DNA of 62,977 nt, the filler included, from Reticulomyxa filosa (lineage: Eukaryota; Protista; Foraminifera): assembly GCA_000512085.1 (NCBI GenBank). It is 17 parts of 17 records of this genome, joined end to end, with 100 filler letters (N's around TTAATTAATTAA, not from the genome) between each part and the next. Parts side by side here need not be neighbours in the genome. Positions count along the whole stretch, not along the records: positions 1 to 12,436 come from ASPP01004526.1; positions 12,537 to 16,788 come from ASPP01020147.1; positions 16,889 to 22,716 come from ASPP01009625.1; positions 22,817 to 24,742 come from ASPP01020956.1; positions 24,843 to 28,307 come from ASPP01011178.1; 12 more parts are not named here. One strand, 5' to 3'. The translations under genes and the position numbers were made by a program. Below are positions 11,814 to 24,895 of the stretch, one piece after another. Within the stretch, counting starts at the first letter, position 1. Every line of letters starts with the position of its first letter. The notes beneath the pieces were generated by a model, which saw only the letters and a program-made list of their open reading frames with translations, had not been told where the DNA came from and ran no database searches.

Positions 11814-12395
11814 ATGGACTTCTTCCAGAACTTGAAAAGAGGCAAGAAAGAGGATGTCGAACTTCAAGAGGTTGAAAATAAGTATGAGGCTGGTTTAATA
11901 GCTAAAAATGAGAAGCAAAGTCTGATGTCAACAGACCAACCAGACCCAAACACAGACAGCGAAGAAACAAGAGATCCACAATCAAGCCGAAAAGAGATTG
12001 TGCGTTTAAGAAACGTCCACAAGGTTATTCCTTTGAGAAAAAAAGGGTAAAAATGAAAGTGGTTCAAGAACAAAATAATAATAATAATAATAATAAGACC
12101 TATTTGTTAGGATTGGAAGGTGTGCCCGCATTGCGCGGGGTGTCAATGACAATAGACGAGGGCGAATTTATAGTGATACTGGGAAAATCAGGGGGCGGTA
12201 AAACATCAATGTTGAACATCATGGGTACCATTGACAAGCCAACCAAAGGAGATTTGTACATTTGTGGAAAAAGTTACTTTTTTTTCATTGCTTACTTTGG
12301 TTTGCATAACATTCGCATCAACTTAAAAAAAAAAAAAAAGGGATAAGTAGTGCAAGTACAGATTCAGAATTAGCAGATACAAGATTGAAAAAAAT
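11814..12395 (+). CDS. ABC transporter ATP-binding protein, MacB/LolD-like (5' part, cut by contig end)
   Basis: IVRLRNVHK|TYLLGLEGVPALRGVSMTIDEGEFIVILGKSGGGKTSMLNIMGTIDKPTKG (Walker A); introns 12024-12097 and ~12273-12340. Confidence 0.88.
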
Positions 12396-12436
12396 GTGAT
12401 TAAAAAAAAATTTTTTTTATTTGTTTGATACTTTTT

Positions 12437-12536
12437 NNNNNNNNNNNNNNNNNNNNNNNNNNNNNNNNNNNNNNNNNNNNTTAATTAATTAANNNNNNNN
12501 NNNNNNNNNNNNNNNNNNNNNNNNNNNNNNNNNNNN
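12437..12536. other. Artificial contig spacer (N44-TTAATTAATTAA-N44), first of 16
   Basis: Identical six-frame-stop linkers also start at 16789, 22717, 24743, 28308, 31790, 36290, 40578, 43186, 45396, 51778, 53259, 55384, 59101, 60201 and 61835. Confidence 0.99.
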
Positions 12537-12582
<46 letters not shown>

Positions 12583-13829
12583 ATTTCATGTAGTAACTTA
12601 CAACATTCACACAGCTACTAACAAGTGCTTCTATATACGTATGTATATTACCTTCAAAATTGTTAAGCGTTTTTAACACAAAGTGGTTTTGTCCACGATT
12701 CTGATGAAATCGGAAGAATGAGGTTTTCCAATGGTTGCACACACACTTGTAACGAAATTGCATACCAACAATCGCAAATCAAGTTTTCAATGATGAAATA
12801 CCTCTTTTTCTTTGAAACACGGAAAAACTCTTTTTTATTTGCTTCGTTGCACAGTGCTCCAGATTCTTCTTTTTTTTCTTCATATTTGTGATCCGTATTT
12901 ATGTCTTGCGCTTGTTCTTTCGTCTCAACGCAAAGCTGAAACCACCATTGCTTTCGTTTGTCTTGCTGTTGTTCCTTTTTCTCGCTTTGCTCTCTTTGTT
13001 TCATTTGCTTCTCTGCTTCCGTTTCAATTTCTTCCAAATTTTTAGCTTCCACCTTCCAGCTCACCATGACTCGGTCCATTGCCACTGCCACCATTCTCAT
13101 TTTCACTCCCGCTGCATACACTATTTTATTTGTTTGTTTATATTTTCTTCCCTTTTTGTGTACGCAGGCATATTTACTTTTCAAAAGATTGAAGGAAATT
13201 GTTTTGTATTCAAAGCCTTTTGGTGCGAATTGTAGTAATTATGATTTTGCATATGTTTAGTAGAGGAAAATAGTCACTTTTTTGTTTTGTGACGGGAATG
13301 CCTTGTTTTTGCAAATTTTCTTCTTTTCAAATTTTTGCAATTGAGAGCCACTTCCAATTAATATAGATTTGGCTCGGTACAGGTTGGGGTACTTTTCCAC
13401 TTCGTTCAGAACTTTGTTTGAATACACGTCGGTTAAGCGTTCCTTTTGAAAGGTAGCTTACCACATAAATGATATATTGAGCTTGAGTTTAAGGAATAAG
13501 ATTTGTTTAAAAATGAATAAAAACGTGTATTTTTTGACGTTTAAACGCAGTAAAGATATCATTCTTGCAGAACCTTGTATGAAAGAAAAGCATAATCTTT
13601 CTTGCAAGACGCACTGAATGTTTCAAATCCTTGCAGATAAATTCTTTACAAAAGGATGATAGAAAAGCAAAAGCGAATAGTAACTTTATTATCAATCCTT
13701 GAATCATGAGATAAAAAAAGATAGAAATAGAGAATTTGTAAAATTAAGTCAAATTTGTTCGTATCCATTACAACTCAATTCCATAATACATTAATATATT
13801 AATATATTAATTAAAGCAATAATTAATAA

Positions 13830-14618
13830 CACCATTAAGTTTGTGAATGTTTATTTGTCAATTTTTTTCGAAACCATTTTTTTTGACATAATGGTCCGTT
13901 TTTGTATATTTTTGTTTTCACTATACATAATAGATTTTCGATTGTGTTCATGCTGGAGAATTTGAAGTGAAATTCAATACTTTTATATTGTTTGCTCAAA
14001 TTGTTTTTTTACTGCAACTGCTTTGTGTCTTGTGCTGAAATATACAATTTCATTGTCTTATAAGTAACAATAATGATTTTGAGAATTTCATCGAATAGAA
14101 TATCTTTGTATATATATGCATTAACACTTCAATTAATTTTTCATTTATAACTATGTCCTAACAATCTAAAGCAAGACCACACTATTATACTTCCAAAACT
14201 AAATTTTAATGTTTTTATACTTACATTTTCAGCAAGTGATTCATGTCCTATTCCAATTATGACCTTTCAATAACTACCTTTTAAATTAATCTTGCTATAA
14301 TCAGATAAAAGTTCTTTTTTTCAATAATCGAATATCAATTACTTGTACTTTTTTACAATAATTTAATCATTTTCAAAAAAAACAAAATGATTAAAAATAT
14401 CAAATATTGGACCATACTGAAATAAAAAAAATAAATAAATAAAGTACAAAATATTGATATAATTATGAAATTTAATAAAAACCAAAATGATATTTAAAAA
14501 CTACACTATCCGTAGACATTTTTAAAAAAATTATGTCTAGTGTTGTTTTTTCTTGAAGAAAATCAATTATCTATATAAGGTACCGTTTTATGTGTCAACT
14601 TTCTTTTGCATTCTACTG
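13830..14618 (-). mobile_element. Decayed Tc1/mariner element with TIR
   Basis: The minus strand starts TA|CAGTAG at 14620. The ~140-bp TIR 14478-14618 is shared with 53365-53507 and 56131-56277. Transposase remnant SNSP.MNTIENLLCIVKTKIYKNGP near 13890-13970. Confidence 0.8.
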
Positions 14619-15272
14619 TACATGTAGCATAAGAAAACAATGTGTATCAATTAAAATCGCTCAATTAGTATTTTGAAAGAAATTGTTGATCCATATAATA
14701 CGACAATTAAAGTTCGGTTTGACTATTGTTTGAAACTGCGCACCAACATTTTGAGGACGGATGGATGACGAACCCAAGTATGCTGCGAAAAAACAACTGA
14801 AAAACCAGCAGAAAAACTGAATGAGCAGAAAATGCAGATTTAGAAAAAGAAGATATCTCTGCAATTGAAAGTTGGTTGATGAAATTAGCTTTTTTATAGC
14901 AAAGAAATTGCCTTTCTTCTTTGTCTCCTACCACTTTTGTTTTTGTCTTTAAATTTTAATTTAAAAATTGATTATTTTGAAATGCATTGTTGTATCATCA
15001 ATTCGATAACCAAACTTTTCAAAATATTGTTCTGCACAAGTTCGGCAATGTAGCGATTTTCGTGTCTCAAAAATACTTTTTGCAAGAAATTCACAATCAC
15101 ACCGTGTTGAAAAAATTCGATTAAAAAACCGAGAATTCGTATCTTCGAATTGTTTTTTGTTGTGAAATTCGTCACTCCAATCCAAAAAAAAAAATAAGAA
15201 TAAGAATAAGAATAAGAACAATAACGAATAAAAATTTCGCACAGACATTTTAAATATATGGGCCTTGAGAAT

Positions 15273-16649
15273 TTATTGTTTTTCTCCGTGGAGAGCAGGT
15301 TGCTGAACATCTTCCCAGTCAGTAGAATCATCACCGTCTTCCATATTATGTTCTTGAATACGATCACTTACGTGCTCCTCGTTTTCATCTTCTTCGTCAG
15401 GCAAAGACTGGACGGTGAACTTAACTCCAGCTTCGTTTAAGCGGTCAATCAAAGTGGTGCCGGAAAAGATGGTGGATGGCGTGAACACTCCTCCCTTTAT
15501 TTGTGGAAATCCTTTTTCGACATTTCCATGTCGAATGATTGACTCTTCTTCCAGCAAGCAAATAGCACTTTCGACACACATGACAGCAGTGCCGTGATAT
15601 CCACTATCGGGACCATGCACTCTGGCATGCACGCGCAGGTCATATCCTACGGTGTTGGGGACTTGCAAGGGATCGTTGTTGTACTTGTTCAGCACTTGCT
15701 CCGAGTACCCTTCGCCAAAGAGTTCACTTGTGAACGTGGAGGCTTCAATTTGTTCTTCGGTCGGGCCTTCACTGCTAAACGTCCCAAATGTCAACGCCCA
15801 AGGATAGGTGAGCATTAACTTTCGTCCCCAACTGTCGTCACAAAAATATATTTTATTGCAATTGATACACAAACACGAAGTTGTTGTTTTTTTGTTTTTT
15901 TTTTTGGAGCGCCTTCAATATGCAAATAAAAGACAACCAAACTCAAGTTGTCCAACAGTCTTCATCATCGCTCCTGTGGCTAATGTGGTGGACAATTCCC
16001 ATCCATTGGCAAAGCACAGGTAACAACCAAACTGAGGAAAAGTTCTATCCAAAGTAATTTCAATAGGCACTTCGTTTTTCAGTATTTTTTTTTTATGAGA
16101 AAAAATAGAGTGAGAACTTTTTTGATTTCCCCCTGATGATGTAGCAAAGCACTCCGAATCCCTTGACTGTTGGAAACAACAGCACTGTCAGCAAACGGAA
16201 ACAGCATAGCATATTTGTTAACACGTTTCGCCCAAAACCACAATTTTTTTGAATTTGTTGACGGGCCGCTGCGACTGATACCAGAACGAGCTTTCGATAA
16301 AGTTTTGAATTGTAATTTAAAAGTGTATCCATTTCATTTTGTTTAATCCAAAAAAATGCTCAAAACAAAAACAATCCTTTCTCCTTGTTCTCACAACTCA
16401 ACTGTGTCTCCACTCCACCGATTCCAATTGTTTCCTCAGTTTACTCAAGTCTTTGGACGCCGCGAATCCGTACAAGGCAGCTTCCAGAGTGGTTTTGTTG
16501 ACGGTGTAACCTTTGGCCATATTTTGGATCACATAGCATTCCACGCTCGAGCAAATCCCTTTTTGGCGATCGAACCATTGGCTCACAAACTCCTGTCCCA
16601 TGTCTGAAGGGATGCTATCGAATCCACAAGCACTAACAATGATGCTGCC
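15273..16649 (-). CDS. Saccharopine dehydrogenase-like oxidoreductase (SCCPDH family), 3' part, multi-exon
   Basis: IIVSACGFDSIPSDMG, GPDSGYHGTAVMCVESAICLL, GGVFTPST and LIDRLNEAGVKF motifs. Confidence 0.88.
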
Positions 16650-16744
16650 TACACGTCATTATTTTGCAATTACACATATATGCATACATACATATATGTG
16701 TTTTTTTAAGTTGGCCCGAGGAATCCAATTAAAAGTTCATTAAA

Positions 16745-16778
<34 letters not shown>

Positions 16779-16927
16779 AAAAAAAAAANNNNNNNNNNNN
16801 NNNNNNNNNNNNNNNNNNNNNNNNNNNNNNNNTTAATTAATTAANNNNNNNNNNNNNNNNNNNNNNNNNNNNNNNNNNNNNNNNNNNNAAAAAAAAATAA
16901 AAAAAAAAAAAAAAAAAAAAAAAAAAC

Positions 16928-17801
16928 TTGTTGCTGCAAAGTGTGCAATTGCGACTTGACATCGGTGAGCTTATCTCCCAATTCCATAGTTTGCACCATT
17001 AGGGCATCTCGTTCGGACTTTAACTGACTGGCGTCTTCGTTACATTGATCGAGTTTGGCTTGTAACTTGACTTTCTTATCTTTGAGTTTGCCAATGATTT
17101 CCTTTTTTTTCGACAGTTTGTTGGTCAAATCGACAATGGCTTGCTGCTCTGTCGATTGATTTTTATTGTTCAATTCATAGGTTTTATTGCCATCCGAGCT
17201 TTCATTGTCGTTTTCATGATCGTTGTCTTTGTCTTTGTCTTTGTCTTTGTCTTTGTCTTTATCTTTATCTTTGTCTTTGTTTTCGTCGCTTTCTTTTTTT
17301 AATATCTGACTGCCCCCTATTGCTCATACTTGTTGTAGCTGTCGCTGGTGGGACTACACTCTTCATTGTCGGAGAAAACAGACTGATTTCTGCAAATGTC
17401 TTTATTTTCCGAGTGCTTCCGCTGCTATTGCTGCTGTTGCTGTTGCTATTGCTATTGCTATTGCTGTTGCTATTGCTGCTCGTATTTGTCGTTGTTGTTG
17501 TCGTCGTCATCGTCGTTGTCAAACTTGGTGGTCCTTCTTGCAGTGACGCTCCTGAGAATGCGTTGCTATTGTCTTCTTGACCGCCGTACGTCGCGTTCAT
17601 TTCGCTCAAATGCTGCTTCACTGACGACTTCAACTTTGAAAAGCGGCTCTTCAATTGCTGCGGGGCCGACACTGCCCCCAGTGGACTTGCGACTTGTGAC
17701 TCTCCTCCTTTTGGCTTCTTATCTTGATCTTCTTTGGATAGCGGAGGGAGTGGTGCTTGAAACGAGGGCGGAGTGGTCACATTATGAGGAGAAGAGTCCA
17801 T
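16928..17801 (-). CDS. Uncharacterised low-complexity plus coiled-coil protein (partial)
   Basis: ORF 17265-17801 continues into the coiled-coil ORF ending at 17173 if one base of the T7 run at 17294-17300 is removed (DIKKESDENKDKDKD...). Confidence 0.55.
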
Positions 17802-18188
17802 ATGCTATCAAATTTGGTGATAATATTTTTTGTTTTGTAAAGGGGAGCTGAAAAGCAATCAATATATAATGTGTTCACTGGACAAGTCTTAAAATCTCAT
17901 GTTTTTAATGTAAAAGTATAAAACTGTCGAAAAATTCATCATGTCTTTTTTTTTCCTCAATAACGCAGAACCAATAAAATGGAGAGGATATTTTGAAAAC
18001 GAGAAAAAAAATATTTGGCACATAGCCTTAGGATTATTGGATATGAACATACCAGTGATTTTTTTTTCATTGTTTAGTATAAATGTATGTTTGTTTTTAT
18101 TTTTCACGTGTAACAACATTCTTGTGGTGGTATAACGCTGTTGTAAGTGTTGGGTCCCCTTTGAATAAAATTTTTTTTTAAAAAAAAA

Positions 18189-19330
18189 ATGATGTCACAA
18201 ACATTTCTTCATGTAATTCTAATCGCCTGGGCGACACTTGGTAATGGTGAAGATTGGACCAAAGCACAAGAAAAGCGCTGGTCGGAATATAAAGTGAATC
18301 CCTTCTACGACATCCCTTGGCTAAACTTGCAAAAAGGTCAAAGCATTCCGCAGCTGGGCATGGGGACGTATTTGTCCAACGGAGCACAGCTGATGGAAAG
18401 TGTGAAATTCGCACTTCGTTTGGGATATCGTATGTTCGACACAGCAAGCGGATACGAGAACAGCGAGGCGTTAGCGCAAGGGATATCGCAAGTGGGTATA
18501 AACTACCGGGACGTATTTCTGATAACAAAGATTCACCCAAGTCGAATGGGATACGAAAGCACATTGGAAGACTTGCGTAGCACATTAAAGCAATTGGAGC
18601 GCAAGAACATCAACATGTGTCTGGTGCATTGGCCGGGGAATATTTATGAGAAAGACGAGAAAAAGCTGGAAGACAGCTTTCGAAATGCGGAGCAAGGCGC
18701 TTATCTGCGTTATCAAACGTGGAGAGCATTGGAGCATGCCAAAGAGTTGGGACTGTGTCTCGGCATTGGCGTCAGCAATTACGAATTGACCCATTTGAAC
18801 GAGTTACTTCACTACGCACGCTATTCTCCTGCCGTCAATGAACTCGAAGTCCATCCTTACTTCATTCGTGATGACTTGCTATCCTTTTGTCGTCGCAATC
18901 ATATTGTCGTCATTGCTTATGGGTCTATTGCACCAAAAGGTTTTTTTTTTTTTTTTTTGAGGGTACCCCCTTTTTTTTTTTTTTATAAAATTGTTTGATG
19001 ACTAAATACTATTCCCCCCCCCTCTTTTTGCTCTAGGTGACAAAAGCTTATTGTCCGAACCTGCGGTTCTGGACTTGGCTCAAAAATATTCACGTACTCC
19101 GGGCCAAATCTTACTGCGATGGGCCGTGGAACGGGGGATGGTTGTCATCCCCAAATCCGATAATAGACAACATATCGCTGACAATGCTCACATTTTTGAC
19201 TTCACTTTGGAAAATGCGGATGTCGCCAAAATCAATGCCTTGAACCAAAATAAAAGATACTTCTTTGATTCTTCCAAATTTCCTACCGTCGATTGGAATC
19301 GCTTTTCTCTTCCAAAAAGAAGATTTATAA
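18189..19330 (+). CDS. Aldo/keto reductase with N-terminal signal peptide; intron 18940-19037
   Basis: IPQLGMGTY, FDTASGY (catalytic D, Y), FLITKI (K), LVHWP (H), IGVSNY, VNELEVHPY and VIPKS. The probable true end is LPKEDL* at 19330 after a one-A correction. Confidence 0.93.
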
Positions 19331-19793
19331 ATTTTTTTTTTTTTTTATTTTTTTTAGCATTCGTATTCCATATCTCCTCTTTTCTCTTTTTCTTATGTCA
19401 GATATATCTTCTACAGCCATCTTGGGTTTTGGTTTTTTTTTTTTTTTTTTTACATTTGAGCTGGTTAGAGGCTGTGCAAGGAGTTTAAAAATTGACATTT
19501 TTTTTAGGGAAAATGTTCAAATGAATTTATAATTGTCTAATTTTTGTACTTTTGAATATGTGTAGCTCTTGTCCCACATCATTTTTGCAACTCTTATGTT
19601 CGCTTAAGCGACGTTTGTGAAGAGATTAGTTTGCATTTTTAATTGTAATATAATGCTTTTAAAAGATCTTTACACCGTATTTTATTGACTAAGTCTTTTT
19701 AAAAAACGCTCTTAAAGTTGTCCTGACGGGGGGGGGAAGGGGGAAGACTGAACATGGATAACAAACCCCAAATAAGCAAGCACAAACAAATTG

Positions 19794-20762
19794 ATGGCGC
19801 AACTAAATACGGCAAAATTCCTGCTAAATTGGTTTGAAAAATTTGAAAAGAAAGGAATATGCGATGCTTGGGCGTCAATGAAGTGGCTTTCGTTGCACGC
19901 TGTACCGAATTTACGGAACTTTCTGTCCAACACCGACTCTCCGCAAGACATAAGAGATTGGCAAAAGCTGAGCAAATTGCAATTGACAATAAAGGAGCGC
20001 GAAACGTTAGAGCAGTATTTTGAACGACGACTAAACCATGAGCCAGTGCAATACATTATAAAAGAGTGGGACTTCTATGGTCGCACCTTCGAGATGGAAC
20101 CTCCAGTATTGATATGTCGTCCGGAGACAGAGCAAATGGTGGACCTTATCATTTCATCGATCAAGTCCCAACAACAACAACAGAAAACACGGGACCCTTT
20201 TTCCTTCTTGGAGGTCGGTGTTGGCAGTGGTGTGATAATGACCACACTTGCATGTGAAATACCAAACGCTTTTGGTGTTGGGATCGATTACAATCCAAAG
20301 TGTATTCAGTTAACTCAAAGGAACTTGCAACGACAAGGTGTTCCCTCTCAAAGGTATGAGCTACTCCAAAGTGACATTTTGGAGTGGGGTCGTGACTCCA
20401 AAGTTTGCAAACGGTTTGCAAATCAGTTTGACTTAATTGTGAGTAACCCTCCTTATGTGTTCACACGCGAAATGAAGGGGCTAGACAAAAGCGTTGTGGA
20501 GTGGGAAGATTGGAGGGCCTTGGACGGAGGACCACACGGCTTGGATGTCGTGGAGTGCATTTTGGGGAACAGTTTTTGGTTACTCAAAAATAGCACTTTA
20601 AGTTCTGTTTGGCTTGAAACGCACGCTGACCACGCCGTCATGATACAAAACCTCGAAAAGGAAAACAAATTTTTAACCAAAAAAAAATTAATTCTTACAC
20701 GTGTTTATTCTGATTGGAGTCAAATCGACCGATTTTTGCAGTTTTCACTCCTTCAGGCATAA
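19794..20762 (+). CDS. HEMK1: HemK/PrmC release-factor glutamine N5-methyltransferase (mitochondrial type)
   Basis: RRLNHEPVQYI, PVLICRPETE, SAM motif LEVGVGSG, VSNPPY and ALDGGPHGLD. Confidence 0.92.
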   Translation: MAQLNTAKFLLNWFEKFEKKGICDAWASMKWLSLHAVPNLRNFLSNTDSPQDIRDWQKLSKLQLTIKERETLEQYFERRLNHEPVQYIIKEWDFYGRTFEMEPPVLICRPETEQMVDLIISSIKSQQQQQKTRDPFSFLEVGVGSGVIMTTLACEIPNAFGVGIDYNPKCIQLTQRNLQRQGVPSQRYELLQSDILEWGRDSKVCKRFANQFDLIVSNPPYVFTREMKGLDKSVVEWEDWRALDGGPHGLDVVECILGNSFWLLKNSTLSSVWLETHADHAVMIQNLEKENKFLTKKKLILTRVYSDWSQIDRFLQFSLLQA

Positions 20763-21055
20763 ATATCTTTCTGCAAACACAAGAATACATAAACTTTAAA
20801 AAAAAAAAACACAATTTAAAGTTAAAAGTAAAAAATAAATCGATTGTTTTTTAATTGTTATTAAATGTGCTAATTTGTTTGTATTTAAATGAAACACAAA
20901 CAACAAGCACAAAAAAAAATCTTTTTTTTTAACAAAGTTATTGACGTTTAAAACCTCTTGTGACTTTGATACCCGAAAAGGGCCACAATTTTGTAAGTTA
21001 GAATTTCGAGTTACCTTTTTATTGAGGTTTTTCGAGTACGAATCGCTTTTAAGAA

Positions 21056-21741
21056 ATGCCAGTTCAATCACATCCATTGGATTTTTGTTTGGTGCCTCGC
21101 TTAAAATGGAAAGTCATTGAACCTCCAGCAGTGATCCCCCCAAAGCCAAAGAGGATTATCAGATACACTAACTACCGTCAACGATTGCCCATGTCTCCTC
21201 GCCTTTGGATTATTTATGGAGCGACCGCCACGCTCTCCGCCCTTGTGACAGATGCCACGTACCATCTTTACCTAAAACCTAGGGTCTTCAGGTGTGTTAT
21301 GTGCTTCTCACCACTTTTGTGTCTTTTTTTTTGGGACCTTTGTTGTTGTGTAGAAAATTCTGTTTTTTTAAATTAACATAAAAAAAAAAAAAATTACTGT
21401 GAACATGTTTGTGATTTTGGGGTGGTATATGATGACAGATTCCGAGAGTATTGGTTCGGCACAGGAGCAACCGATGAACCTGAGGGAGAATTTTTGAAGG
21501 CATGGAAGGCACAATTTCCAGCTTTTCCTGAAACAGCGGAGGAGTACTATGCTCTAGCTGAGAAAAATGACAAAGAGTTTTTCCCACCTTGTCCTTTGGT
21601 TCCTTATGATGCTCCTGGCTGGGATCGCTCAGTTTTGTACTTTTTTTTTTTTATTTTTAAAATATTTTTTTTTTTGATTTTATAAAATTTCCATAATTTT
21701 TTTTTAAATGTATGTGCTAGGGCTGGGTCAACTTTTATTGA
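21056..21741 (+). CDS. Small uncharacterised single-TM protein; exons 21056-21291, 21440-21631, 21721-21741
   Basis: Phase-consistent GT-AG introns join ..KPRVFR|FREYWFG..WDRS|GWVNFY*; hydrophobic segment LWIIYGATATLSALV. Confidence 0.65.
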
Positions 21742-22816
21742 AGGGAAAAAAAAAAACAGGCTTTTTTTTTCTTCAAAATGAAAAGCCCTTTTTAAACAGT
21801 TTGTGATTTTGCTTGTGTGTTTTGCAGAAATTGAAGAACATGAACTTAGAAAAAGAAAAAGTGGACAGCGCATCTCATTTCAACATAAACTTTTTACACC
21901 CTTATCTTTGAGGGCACTTTTTTGCTGGAAAACGCAATGCAAAAGGGTTGCAACAAAAAAAAAAAAGGAAGGGAAGAAAACAAACCAAAAAAGGTTTTGC
22001 TGTACGTTTTTGTTTTGTGTTATCACTGGTCAATATGAAACAAATCGAAGTCTACTCATGCATGTTGTTTCTCGTTTACTTTTTTTTTCCTCTGGTCCTC
22101 GTTGGCAACTTTTCTTACAGTTGTAATTGGATCACTACGTGTTGAAACATTTCAACCATTGACTTACTTTACTGTTCAAAAATGATAACAAGTACTTCCT
22201 GTTTGAAAAAAGGGTAAGGGGAAAAGTTATGGTTCAATGTGCGAAATTATAGTTCGTGGATAATTCCATAAGTAACCAAAAGTTGTCTTGATTCTCCTGT
22301 AAACTGCTCTTTGTTGCCCGCAATTTGTGTGTTTTCCCGAACCTTGAAAATAGGTACAGTGAATGCATATAAAACAGAATTGTGATTTTTCACGAAGGTA
22401 TAATAAAAAATTAATATTGCTTTTCGCTTGAACGCAACTTAGTAGAGAATTTTTTTGTTGAAAAGTTGGTGGGGTGTTAACATTTTTCTTGACGGATTGT
22501 TTTGAGACCACAAGGTGCCCATCTTGAATGAGCTTTTTTCACCTTTTTATTCTTATTAAACGGCTTTAAGAGGTGTACTTTTCTGCTCACCAGCATGAAA
22601 CAGAAATTAAAGAGTCTTTAGTCAAATTGAAGGATGAATGGCCGAAGCTGTTTGAATTGTGTCTTTGATACTGATCAGAGAAAAAATGTGATGAAAACAG
22701 CAAAAATGGTATGTTCNNNNNNNNNNNNNNNNNNNNNNNNNNNNNNNNNNNNNNNNNNNNTTAATTAATTAANNNNNNNNNNNNNNNNNNNNNNNNNNNN
22801 NNNNNNNNNNNNNNNN

Positions 22817-24625
22817 ATTTTGATCAACGAAGAAATACTAGCAAAATGAAAAAAAAAAAAAGATGAACCTCAATTACGTGTCGCGGACAATTGGGTATGG
22901 AAAAAAAAAAAGGGGGGGGGGGAAAGGAGGAGAGGGGAAAAAGAGAAGGAAGTTGGAACGGATCGGAATTTGAATAAACGGTGCAAAAAAAAAAAAAAAA
23001 AAAAAAAGATGGAAACCTCGAAGAAATAAAAAATCCATTGAAACGAGAGGAACAACGACTGAAAGAAAGTTTGAATAAAGGGAACAAGAATATCCTCCAG
23101 CCATTGACAGACAGACGACATCAGAGCGTGGAAGAGGGGGAGTCATGTTTCAAAGTGAGCACGCTGTCACACATAACGACACAAATGACACAAAACAAAG
23201 CCGAATACGGACGTCCTTGCATCGCGAGGGCACATTTGAAATTCATTGCGGTGGGAATGGAAAATGGGGCGGTCTTTGTCTTCGACCATTTTGAAAAGCT
23301 GTCTGTTGTGTTGCCGGTTACGGAAACAGAAGGCTCTGACAGTGTTACTGCGATGACTTTTTCTCCCAATGGCCAAAGTTTGTTGGTTGGCCATCAAGTT
23401 ACATAATCTTTATTGCTCTTTCTCCCTTGTCCCCTTTTTTTTTTTTTTTTTTTTTCTAATAATTGTAAAAAAAAAAAAGTGATGCGGACATTGCGAATAG
23501 AAAGGGTCGTTAGTTCTGTGGGACATCGTCAACAAAAAAGAGCTGAAGCGAGTTCGTGATGCTCACACTTCGCCCATCATTTATGCCAATTTTTATAAAG
23601 CAAATCAAATGAAAGCCATCACTGCTGATTCAAAAGTTTTTTTTTGAATTAACATATATTATATATGTACATATTATATGTATATATGTATATGATAATA
23701 ATGATATGTTAATGCTTTTTTTTTTTGTTTTTATCTTATTTGGAATTTAAAAGTATGCAAAAGAGGAGGAAAAAAAAAAAAAAAAGGTTGGTTTGGAAAA
23801 CATGAATAGGGATTATTATCAGTTTGGACCTTTTCGAGAATATTCTTTTCGTATCAGGCCGATCGACAAAACATTTTCAGTGGACAAAAAACTGGCGTCC
23901 TCTATGACATTGGTATTCATAGACCCAATCCGAACAATCGGCACGTGTTCGATTCCTTTTCTCTGTGCGCTGTCGCCAATCGCAATTGTGTGTTTTTTGT
24001 CTCGCTGGACCCGACGAGAATTCTTCTGCCTCGCATTGAACATCAGCCCGCCGAGGGATGTGTCCCTGTGCTTGCCTGGATGGACTCCTCTTTGCCACCT
24101 CGTTTTGTAATCTTTGCTTTCGTGACAGTCTCTCTTTTTTTTTCCAAAGGATATGAACAGATGTAATCAAATAATTAGTGTTGTTCATGTTTGTTTGTCA
24201 AAGCACGCACGACGGTGACTGTCGGACGGTCGTCTTCTCCGCAGCCTCCTGGGAAGCCGGCACCCTCGCATTTGGGAGATGGGCCTACTGGCAATTCGCG
24301 CAAAACGCCGTCGCCATCGCCGCCATCGGTACTCCCGCAATTTGCATCCGACAACGGAGAAGAGATGGCCAACTCGCAGCGCGAGCCCAGTCCCCAAGCG
24401 CAGCCTCTGGATACATCTTCCTCTTCGCAAGCGTTCAACTTGCAATTCCCTCGCAATCCTATCATCGCGTGCGGCGTCGGAAAAGTGCTGCAGTTGTTTG
24501 AGTTCTATTGCGCTGATGAGCGTCAGTTGCTACAGTCCAAGAATACCGAACTAATCAAACTGAGAGGGATTGGAGAGTTGCAATTGGAGCAGATTATATT
24601 GCAATGAGATGGTTGAATGATCAAG
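22817..24625 (+). CDS. VPS8: CORVET subunit VPS8, N-terminal beta-propeller (partial)
   Basis: GRP..A...FIAVGMENGAVFVFD, VTAMTFSPNG..LLVG, LVLWD......RVRDAH, VPVLAW and WLNDQ follow the Vps8 N-terminal pattern. Confidence 0.75.
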
Positions 24626-24705
24626 TTGGATTACACACATAGAGAAAAAATAAAAAAAATACATATATAATATATACATATATATATATGTATATATATA
24701 TATGT

Positions 24706-24742
<37 letters not shown>

Positions 24743-24842
24743 NNNNNNNNNNNNNNNNNNNNNNNNNNNNNNNNNNNNNNNNNNNNTTAATTAATTAANN
24801 NNNNNNNNNNNNNNNNNNNNNNNNNNNNNNNNNNNNNNNNNN

Positions 24843-24889
<47 letters not shown>

Positions 24890-24895
24890 TGGCAG

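Noticed and set aside
12663-13260. Overlapping ORFs at the start of contig 2
   Set aside because: Possibly part of a real or decayed gene, but no recognisable domain or consistent exon structure.
14661-15250. Short ORFs next to the Tc1 TIR
   Set aside because: Low-complexity and AT-rich, with no motif support.
22030-22716. Possible short exons at the end of contig 3
   Set aside because: No consistent spliced frame or motif could be built.
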